Source of the DNA: an uncultured Verrucomicrobiae bacterium
Lineage (GTDB): Bacteria > Verrucomicrobiota > Verrucomicrobiia > Chthoniobacterales > UBA10450
Assembly: GCA_963840135.1 (NCBI GenBank)
Contig: CAWIXX010000017.1
Location: 263,691-327,690 of the forward strand
DNA: 64,000 nucleotides
Direction of reading: 5' to 3'
Shown here piece after piece: positions 57,399 to 64,000 of the stretch (positions within the stretch are counted from its first letter, which is position 1; each line of letters begins with the position of its first letter). The notes beneath the pieces were generated by a model. The model was not told where the DNA came from, did no database searches, and worked only from the letters and a program-made list of their open reading frames with translations. Both the position numbers and the translations under genes were made by a program.

Positions 57399-58778
57399 CT
57401 AATTCGGTTTAATGTTTTGGTTCACTCGAAAGAAATTATCGGGATCGTATTTGTTTTTGATCTCGACCAGTCGCTCGTAATTCTCGCCATAAGTTTTTCT
57501 CACGCGTTCTTCGCCTTCGTCTCCCATCAAAAAGTTCACGTACGCTCCGCCAGCGGAATAGGGATGAAGCGCGTCGTAGTAGCTCTTGGTCCAGGAAATA
57601 ATTTTTTCATTGTTCGCCGGATCGGAATCTACGCCGACCATCACCTGCGCCCATTTGGCGTCCCGATAATTCCAAGCGGTATCCGTTTTGCCGACGCGCG
57701 CCGCGGCGCCATCGATCGGATACATATGCATGGTGGAATGCATCGAGGGAAGCGCCTCACCAAAACGCATGTGTTGAGCGATCGCGTCGTCACTTATTTC
57801 ATTTACGAAATCGGCTCGCCAGTACCATTGCAAGCCGGGAGGATAGAGAGCGTCAAACATGCTTTGTAGGGCTGGCTGCGGCAAGGGACCTACAAAATCG
57901 AGGGCAGGCTTCTTGAAAGCGCGAATCGGATTGAATGTCTCCTCTGCTTTCTCCTGAGGCCCCGTGTATGCCCAGACAATGCCGCACATTTTTTTCATGT
58001 GCAGATGTTCCGGGAAAGGTGCAACGGGCGGTACGGTGAGAAAGGCGAAAAAGCCATTCAGGTCATCGGGAGCCGCGGGAATCAGTTCGCGGTACCATTT
58101 CATTACGTCGGCTGTGTCGCTCAGCTCGTAGAGCATCGGGCCGCCATAGATCATGTCGATCGGATGCAGCTTGAATGTGAACGCTGTTACAATGCCAAAA
58201 TTTCCGCCGCCGCCGCGAAGCGCCCAGAACAAGTCCGAGTTCTCATCAGCGTTTGCCTTAACAAAGTTCCCATTGGCCAATACGACATCGGCTGAGAGGA
58301 GATTATCGATACTCAGCCCGCATTTGCGAGTGAGATGCCCGATTCCACCACCAAGAGTCAATCCGCCGACGCCAGTGGTAGAAACGATTCCGCTTGGCGT
58401 TGCGAGGCCGAATACATGCGTTGCGTGATCGACATCGCCCCAGGTGCATCCGCCGCCAGCAGTGACAGTGCGCGCCGCCGGATCGATACGCGTATATTTT
58501 ATCGGGCTGAGGTCGATGACCAATCCGTCGTCGCAAATTCCCAATCCCCCCGCGTTATGACCACCGCTGCGGATCGCGACGAGCAGATCGTTCTCTCTAG
58601 CGAAGCTCACGGAGGTAATGACGTCCGCCACGTCCGCGCAACGGGCAATCAGCCCCGGCTTTTTGTGGATCATCCCGTTGTACACCTTGCGGGCTTCATC
58701 GTAATCATTGTCACCTGGTTCGATCAGTCTACCGCGAATGTTTGCTTTGAAATGGGCGATGGCATTCTCGTTAAGCAT
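57399..58778 (-). CDS. FAD-linked oxidase with BBE (berberine-bridge-like) C-terminal domain
   Basis: 459 aa. VAIRSGGHNAGG and GGGGNFGIVTAFTFKL. C-terminus YVNF...YGENYERLVEIKNKYDPDNFFRVNQNIKP. Confidence 0.9.
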   Translation of the reverse strand: MLNENAIAHFKANIRGRLIEPGDNDYDEARKVYNGMIHKKPGLIARCADVADVITSVSFARENDLLVAIRSGGHNAGGLGICDDGLVIDLSPIKYTRIDPAARTVTAGGGCTWGDVDHATHVFGLATPSGIVSTTGVGGLTLGGGIGHLTRKCGLSIDNLLSADVVLANGNFVKANADENSDLFWALRGGGGNFGIVTAFTFKLHPIDMIYGGPMLYELSDTADVMKWYRELIPAAPDDLNGFFAFLTVPPVAPFPEHLHMKKMCGIVWAYTGPQEKAEETFNPIRAFKKPALDFVGPLPQPALQSMFDALYPPGLQWYWRADFVNEISDDAIAQHMRFGEALPSMHSTMHMYPIDGAAARVGKTDTAWNYRDAKWAQVMVGVDSDPANNEKIISWTKSYYDALHPYSAGGAYVNFLMGDEGEERVRKTYGENYERLVEIKNKYDPDNFFRVNQNIKPN

Positions 58779-58886
58779 GACGAAGTCTCAGCGAAACGGT
58801 CTTACGGTCAAGACAGTGAAGTCTCAGCATTTTCATTGAGATATTGGCTGGCGCAGGGCTAATATGTCCGCCCATTGAAATAGGCG

Positions 58887-60515
58887 ATGTTTGACGCGCA
58901 CAAATCGTGGACTCGCCGGGAATTTTTGAAACTCGCCGGCCAGGCGGGACTGGTTAGCTCCGTCCCGACGCTCGCGAGTGCTGCTGCTACGCTCAATTCC
59001 GACACGGTTTGTATTTCGATTCTGCACACGACGGACCTGCACGGTCATATCCTGCCAACCTTCGACTACGACGGAAATCCAGATCGCGGCGGATTGGCGC
59101 GTTGCGCGACGCAAATCAGGCGCTGGCAGCGGGAAAGCCCCAACTCGATCTTGATTGACGTCGGCGACGTGTATCAGGGGACTGACGTCAGCCTTCGAAA
59201 CAAGGGCGCGCTGATGATCGATCTGCTCAATCATCTCGAATACGACGCCTGGGTCGTCGGCAATCATGAATTCGATTGGGGGATGGAGTGCTTCGAACAC
59301 GCATTGCAACAATCAAACATGCCAGTTCTTGCAGCGAACATGTTGATGGAAGGAAAACTGGCCGGCGAATTTCCAGATACGAAGCACGCGTTTGCAAAAA
59401 TCCAGCCGTTCATTTTGAAGGAGATTGCGGGCATCAAACTCGCAATCGTCGGCGTCACCACTCCGGGGATGGCGTTTTGGCTTTGGCCGGAATTTACCCG
59501 GGGACTTGATTTTCGGCATCCGGTCGAGCCCGTTCGCCGTGCGATCGCGAGGGCGAAAAGCACAGGCGCGGACGCGATCGTGTTAACGGGTCACATGGGA
59601 CTCAAGGCGCGCACCGGCGGGGATGATTTTGCCAATACAGTAATGGCGCTGACGTCGGAATTTCCGGAGATAGCAGTGTTTATCGCCGGCCATACACATC
59701 AGGATGTCCCAAGCCGGCTAACGAACGGCGTGTTGTTTACGCAGGCAGATCATTTCGGGATTCACGTGGGGCGCGTCGATCTTCTCTTCGATCGCAATTC
59801 AAAGAAGCTGCTGCGCCGCGAAGCGATCTCCGAGCTGATGGATAACCGCCTCGCCTTTGATCAGATGGTTCTTTCACGAGCGAAATCGCAGCTGGCCGAA
59901 TCGGAGGTCGCGCTCTGCGAGCCGATTGGCGAACTTGCCAAGACACTGCGTGGTCGAAGTCACCCTGGCCGGCCGAGCGACGTCGAAAGACTGATCGGAG
60001 CGGCAATCATGGAAATGTTGATGGAACGAAGCGTCCCCGTTGATGGCGTCATGCACGGGACGTTCGATGATAAAGCCGACTTGGTAGCCGGCCCCAAAAC
60101 GGTTAACGACGTCTGGAACATAATTCCTTACGAGAACTACATTGTGACGGCGCACCTCTCGCCTGAGGAAATAAAGATTGCGATAGAGGACGTGTTTGCC
60201 AGCCAGGAAAAGCGCAATCTGCTTGGCTTCGAACTGAAGACAGAAGGTCGCGGCGACGACTGTAAAATCGTCTCGATGACCCTGGCCAACCGGGAGCTGC
60301 TGGATCGCAACAAAAAATACGTCATCGCGTTTAACAGTTTCGATGCACGCAGCGGCGGCCATCATTTCATGAAATTGCGCGGGTTCCTCGAGCGGCCGGA
60401 CGCCCATTGTATCCTGCATCCGGTGCAAACCCGTGATGCTCTCATTGGTTACTTCCAGCGTCACGAAATCGTGCATCGAATCGCCGAGGTAAACCCGCTC
60501 GCAGTCGCGGCATAA
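58887..60515 (+). CDS. Tat-exported bifunctional metallophosphatase/5'-nucleotidase (UshA-like)
   Basis: Twin-arginine signal (SWTRREFLKLAG). ILHTTDLHGH, GDVYQGT, VVGNHEFD and GHTHQ motifs. 5'-nucleotidase C-terminal domain. Confidence 0.85.
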   Translation: MFDAHKSWTRREFLKLAGQAGLVSSVPTLASAAATLNSDTVCISILHTTDLHGHILPTFDYDGNPDRGGLARCATQIRRWQRESPNSILIDVGDVYQGTDVSLRNKGALMIDLLNHLEYDAWVVGNHEFDWGMECFEHALQQSNMPVLAANMLMEGKLAGEFPDTKHAFAKIQPFILKEIAGIKLAIVGVTTPGMAFWLWPEFTRGLDFRHPVEPVRRAIARAKSTGADAIVLTGHMGLKARTGGDDFANTVMALTSEFPEIAVFIAGHTHQDVPSRLTNGVLFTQADHFGIHVGRVDLLFDRNSKKLLRREAISELMDNRLAFDQMVLSRAKSQLAESEVALCEPIGELAKTLRGRSHPGRPSDVERLIGAAIMEMLMERSVPVDGVMHGTFDDKADLVAGPKTVNDVWNIIPYENYIVTAHLSPEEIKIAIEDVFASQEKRNLLGFELKTEGRGDDCKIVSMTLANRELLDRNKKYVIAFNSFDARSGGHHFMKLRGFLERPDAHCILHPVQTRDALIGYFQRHEIVHRIAEVNPLAVAA

Positions 60516-60525
60516 TCAGTTCTCC

Positions 60526-61320
60526 TTGCAAAAGCGACGCATCCTGCTTGCCTATTCCGCCATGCGGCTAGGAACATGTTGCCTGATTGGTTTGCTGATC
60601 GCTACTGAACTTGGATCGTCACAAACGGTAAAAATTGCGGCACCGACACCGACACCGACGCCAGCGCTGCCGGAGCTCCGGCCTGCACTGCTGGGGCCAG
60701 GCCCCGATTCCCTCATAAACAAGATCGACACTGCCGATCTGATCAAGAAGGGTCAGAAAGACGCCGCAGTTATGTTTTCCTGTCTTGTGGCGCCGACTGG
60801 TGATGTCGTTAGGAGTGCTGCTTATCGCGGCACGCGGGGATCAGAATTGCTCGAGCAGGAAGTATTAAAACGCCTCGTAAAAGCGAAGTTTATTCCCGCG
60901 ATTCATAATCACCAGCCGGTCATCGCCGTTTTTTATGGCACGGCAACGTTCGCGGTCGTGAATGGCAAACCGCGACTCCGCATCTTTTCTAATCAGCAAC
61001 TGGAAGAAGTAAAAAAGGAAAACGATTTCATCGATCCACAACCCTATGTTGGCCCCGGCTCAAAATTTACCGGAATACATTATCCCGACACGGGCACCAC
61101 AGTGAGGTTGACTGGCGTTGTCGAACTTGCGCTCGAGGTCGATGCTGCAGGAAATCTGAAGAACATGAAGGTCGTAACCGAGGAGCCGCCGTATCTCGGT
61201 TTCGGCCAGGCGGCGCTGTCCGATTTCAACGGGGCAAAATTTATTCCGGCCTTCCGCAACGGCAAACCTGTCGACAGCAAAGTTACGGTTCCGGTTTATT
61301 ACAAGCCATCAGAGCAGTGA
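60526..61320 (+). CDS. Secreted protein with two TonB-C-terminal-like modules
   Basis: KAKFIPAIHNHQPV and GAKFIPAFRNGKPVDSKVTVPVYYK resemble TonB_C. Pro/Thr-rich linker. Start is uncertain (TTG 60526 or ATG 60562). Confidence 0.45.
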   Translation: MQKRRILLAYSAMRLGTCCLIGLLIATELGSSQTVKIAAPTPTPTPALPELRPALLGPGPDSLINKIDTADLIKKGQKDAAVMFSCLVAPTGDVVRSAAYRGTRGSELLEQEVLKRLVKAKFIPAIHNHQPVIAVFYGTATFAVVNGKPRLRIFSNQQLEEVKKENDFIDPQPYVGPGSKFTGIHYPDTGTTVRLTGVVELALEVDAAGNLKNMKVVTEEPPYLGFGQAALSDFNGAKFIPAFRNGKPVDSKVTVPVYYKPSEQ

Positions 61321-61340
61321 CTGGTCACCCGCCGATTTGC

Positions 61341-61533
61341 ATGGCTCGTGAATATGTCGTTCTGGCTGCTCTGTTGCTAGCCGCTGTTTCTGGCTGTGAT
61401 CGAGGCCACCGAAGAAGCCATCTACAACTCGATGTTTCGAGCAACAACAATGAGCGGGAATGGACACACGATCGAGGCACTGCCAATCGATAAAACGATG
61501 GAAATACTGAGGAAACACCGATCCATCAAGTAA
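61341..61533 (+). CDS. Possible small lipoprotein, below the ORF-track cutoff; apparently frameshifted near 61398-61402
   Basis: ATG 61341 gives MAREYVVLAALLLAAVSGC (lipobox), followed by non-native-looking sequence to TAA 61491. The +1 frame reads EATEEAIYNSMFRATTMSGNGHTIEALPIDKTMEILRKHRSIK to TAA 61531-61533. Confidence 0.3.
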
Positions 61534-61547
61534 GAAGCGTCGCGGAA

Positions 61548-62123
61548 GTGAACAAAATTGTCCGCGCGTCTTTTTTTAAACGTGATCCGCTGACCTGCGC
61601 GCGCGAGTTGATCGGCACAGAACTGATTTGGGATGATTGTTCGGGAATCGTTGTCGAGGTGGAAGCGTACGCGGCAATCAACGACGAGGCGGCGCATACC
61701 TTTACACGGCCGAGCGCACGCAGCTTTATCGAGCGAAACAATGCGGGTGCCGCCTATGTCTATTTCAATTATGGAATGCATTGGATGTTGAACGTGCTGA
61801 TCAAAGGCGACGAGAATGGTTTCGTCCTCATTCGCGCGCTAGAGCCGAGAAAAGGCATCGGGAAAATGAAGAAACGTCGCGGACTTGATGATGTGAAACG
61901 TCTTTGCTCGGGACCCGGCAAGCTCACGCAAGCGCTCGACATTACCAATCGTCATCATGAAATGGATTTGTGCTCCGACCCGCGATACTGCTTCGCTCGA
62001 AACGCAACAACGCCCGCGGATGTGGTAGCCGACCAGCGCATAGGGATCACGCGTTCTGCGCATTATCCATGGCGTTTCACGCTGAGGGGGAGTGAGTTTG
62101 TAAGCCGGGCGGTGAAAAACTAG
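61548..62123 (+). CDS. mpg: DNA-3-methyladenine glycosylase (AAG/Mpg family)
   Basis: 191 aa with a GTG start. ARELIGTEL, VEVEAY and AYVYFNYGMHWMLNV. Confidence 0.85.
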   Translation: MNKIVRASFFKRDPLTCARELIGTELIWDDCSGIVVEVEAYAAINDEAAHTFTRPSARSFIERNNAGAAYVYFNYGMHWMLNVLIKGDENGFVLIRALEPRKGIGKMKKRRGLDDVKRLCSGPGKLTQALDITNRHHEMDLCSDPRYCFARNATTPADVVADQRIGITRSAHYPWRFTLRGSEFVSRAVKN

Positions 62124-62153
62124 GTGGTACGCGTTGTCCTCAGCGCGTTAGCA
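62123..62153 (+). repeat. Family E GTGG-headed REP-like element
   Basis: GGTGGTACGCGTTGTCCTCAGCGCGTTAGCA, between mpg and mnmA. Confidence 0.65.
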
Positions 62154-62261
62154 TGCGGCTCTGCCGGCTGATGTTGTCCAGTGCGTTCGGCGTTTCTGTT
62201 GTCAGAGAAGACGATCCACCTCATTGACTCCCGCATCTCTTGATAGAAGTTCCTCATCCGG

Positions 62262-63482
62262 ATGAATCCAAAGAAACAGCGCGTTTTGTTGGGGATGAGC
62301 GGGGGAGTGGACTCCAGCGTCGCAGGATATTTGTTGCGCGAGCAGGGCTACGAGGTCATCGGCGTAACCATGAAAGTATGGCCGCAGGATTGTATCTCCC
62401 GCGCGGAAGACAAATGCTGCGGACCCCAGGCGATTGCTGATGCGCGCGGCGTGGCGCATTCCCTGGGAATTCCACATTACGTTGTTGACGAGGCCGACCA
62501 GTTCGAGCGGTTAGTCATTGATTATTTCTCCAGTGAATATCGGGCCGGCCGCACACCGAATCCGTGTGTGATGTGCAATGAGAAGATCAAATTCGGGAAT
62601 CTCTGGAGCAAAGCGGCTGCCTTAGGTTGCGACTATATCGCAACGGGGCATTACGCGATCATTGAACACCACGCTGATCACGCAATTTTGCGAAAGGGCC
62701 GCGACCCGCGCAAAGATCAGTCCTATTTCCTTTTCAGTTTGCGCCAGCCGCAGCTTCGACGTGCGCTGACTCCGCTCGGCAAAATGACGAAGCCGCAAAT
62801 CCGCGAAATCGCGCATTCTTTAGGCCTGAAAGTTGCAGACAAGGTGGACAGCCAGGAAATCTGCTTCGTTCCGGGCAACGATTACAAAGCCTTCTTGCGC
62901 TCCCACCTTGGCGAAAATGAGTTTCATCACGGCGAGATTTACGATGTTGCGGGTAATTTTCTGGGCGAACACGACGGGATCGAGCTTTTCACAATTGGAC
63001 AGCGCAAGGGGTTACCGGGCGGTTCGCCGCGGCCGCGCTATGTGGTTGATCTCGATCCGGCGACGAATCGCGTGATTGTGGGAGATGCTGACGACTTGGT
63101 GACGGATGAATTCGAGATCGATAGGGTGAATTGGATTTGCGATATCAGGCAGGGGTTTCATGGAGCGACGAACTCCTGTGAGTCCGGCGTCGCGGGAGCT
63201 CCGCCCTCCAAGCGCCTCGAAGTGACGACGAAGATTCGTTATAGCCACCCAGGAACACGCGCTACGCTGACGCAGCTCGAAAACGGGCGCGCCCATGTGC
63301 GATTGCATGATCCGCAAAGGGCTGTGACTCCAGGGCAGGCAGCGGTGTTTTACGATGGCGACATCGTCCTCGGTGGCGGTTGGATTTGCCGGTCCTGGCG
63401 TCCTGAGCGGAGCCCATTCGACTCGCTTCACTCGCTCAGGGTAAACTCCGCGGAGTCGAAGGATGCCGTGTTGGCACCGTAA
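62262..63482 (+). CDS. mnmA: tRNA 2-thiouridine(34) synthase MnmA, with a repeat-derived C-terminal extension
   Basis: PP-loop VLLGMSGGVDSSV, then TPNPCVMCNEKIKFG and DQSYFLF. About 31 aa beyond GGGWI run into family A repeat sequence. Confidence 0.9.
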   Translation: MNPKKQRVLLGMSGGVDSSVAGYLLREQGYEVIGVTMKVWPQDCISRAEDKCCGPQAIADARGVAHSLGIPHYVVDEADQFERLVIDYFSSEYRAGRTPNPCVMCNEKIKFGNLWSKAAALGCDYIATGHYAIIEHHADHAILRKGRDPRKDQSYFLFSLRQPQLRRALTPLGKMTKPQIREIAHSLGLKVADKVDSQEICFVPGNDYKAFLRSHLGENEFHHGEIYDVAGNFLGEHDGIELFTIGQRKGLPGGSPRPRYVVDLDPATNRVIVGDADDLVTDEFEIDRVNWICDIRQGFHGATNSCESGVAGAPPSKRLEVTTKIRYSHPGTRATLTQLENGRAHVRLHDPQRAVTPGQAAVFYDGDIVLGGGWICRSWRPERSPFDSLHSLRVNSAESKDAVLAP

Positions 63483-63493
63483 GGTGATGCAAC

Positions 63494-63521
63494 GGGATTC
63501 CTCGACTCCGCTCGGAATGAC
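63494..63521. repeat. Family A solo terminal arm
   Basis: GGGATTCCTCGACTCCGCTCGGAATGAC. Related arm fragments at 63427-63470 lie inside the mnmA 3' end. Confidence 0.6.
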
Positions 63522-63537
63522 GGCTTTCGGCTGACAA

Positions 63538-63858
63538 ATGGCCGACCAAATTTTGCTGGCCATCAGCACTTTTCCGGACGCGGACACGGCCAGTCGCGTT
63601 GCGCAAACATTAGTTGAGGAAAAGTTAGCGGCCTGCGCGAACCTCATTCCGGCTGTTCACTCGATCTATCGCTGGAAAGAAAAAATCGAAACAGCGGGCG
63701 AAGTCATTGTCTTTTTCAAGACCATCCAGGATCGACAGGCGGCGTTCGAGGAAAAGCTGCGCTCCCTTCATCCTTACGAAGTCCCAGAGCTGATATTCGT
63801 CAAGATCGACAGTGGATCGCCGGATTACCTGTGCTGGGTAAATGATAGCTGCCGCTAA
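63538..63858 (+). CDS. cutA: Divalent-cation tolerance protein CutA
   Basis: 106 aa. LAACANLIPAVHSIYRWKEKIE and HPYEVPE. Confidence 0.85.
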   Translation: MADQILLAISTFPDADTASRVAQTLVEEKLAACANLIPAVHSIYRWKEKIETAGEVIVFFKTIQDRQAAFEEKLRSLHPYEVPELIFVKIDSGSPDYLCWVNDSCR

Positions 63859-63859
63859 A

Positions 63860-63888
63860 AAACTCGACTGCTTAAAGCCGTCGAGTTT
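63860..63888. terminator. Hairpin terminator between convergent cutA and the minus-strand gene
   Basis: AAACTCGAC - 11 nt - GTCGAGTTT. On the minus strand it is followed by a T-run (TTTTTT including stem bases). Confidence 0.55.
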
Positions 63889-64000
63889 CAAGTCGCGCCG
63901 CGGCGTTTGTAGTTCAGCGTAAAGATAGTGACTCCGATGAGATTGGCCACGAGAGTCACGGCGACGATTTTTGCGGCGAAAACCAATGGATAAGGCACAT
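63888..64000 (-). CDS. 3' end of a membrane protein gene, truncated by the window edge
   Basis: The minus-strand frame reads ...VPYPLVFAAKIVAVTLVANLIGVTIFTLNYKRRGAT then stop (TGA, complement of 63888-63890). Confidence 0.4.
   Translation of the reverse strand, partial: VPYPLVFAAKIVAVTLVANLIGVTIFTLNYKRRGAT

Overview
The window reads as a chromosomal segment rather than a plasmid or prophage, from a moderately GC-rich bacterium. Gene content and repeat style suggest a soil Verrucomicrobiota- or Acidobacteriota-like genome, but that is inference only.

I can support about 57 protein genes:
- Housekeeping: sucA-sucB-lpdA, recO, recQ, thrS, secA, pyrE, mnmA, pcm, mpg, cutA, htrA.
- A pxpB-pxpC-pxpA 5-oxoprolinase operon with an APC permease.
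- Transporters: MFS, a second APC permease, and two CNNM/CorC genes.
- A small detox/stress block: VOC, DUF1801, OsmC, a BBE-type oxidase and a B3 metallo-beta-lactamase.

I found no rRNA, tRNA, CRISPR array, transposase, integrase or phage structural genes.

The most unusual locus spans 18.8-31.0 kb. A translationally coupled ECF sigma factor / Ser-Thr kinase pair lies divergent from three tandem paralogous proteins. Each paralogue has a Sec signal peptide, about a dozen NTAxGxxALxSNT repeats, and a C-terminal domain of the phage tailspike S74 intramolecular-chaperone type. A 4-nt-overlap trio of secreted unknowns follows.

Two further themes:
1. At least five families of short palindromic repeats colonise the window. 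These are GTAG/GTGG-headed REP/REPIN-like elements and MITE-like elements with 27-nt terminal inverted repeats. Several sit inside coding sequence or supply stop codons. One coincides exactly with a frame break in sucB.
2. About ten single-nucleotide frame disruptions fall in otherwise conserved genes. This points to an indel-prone assembly or to real gene decay.

All family assignments come from motif recognition by eye. No searches were run.
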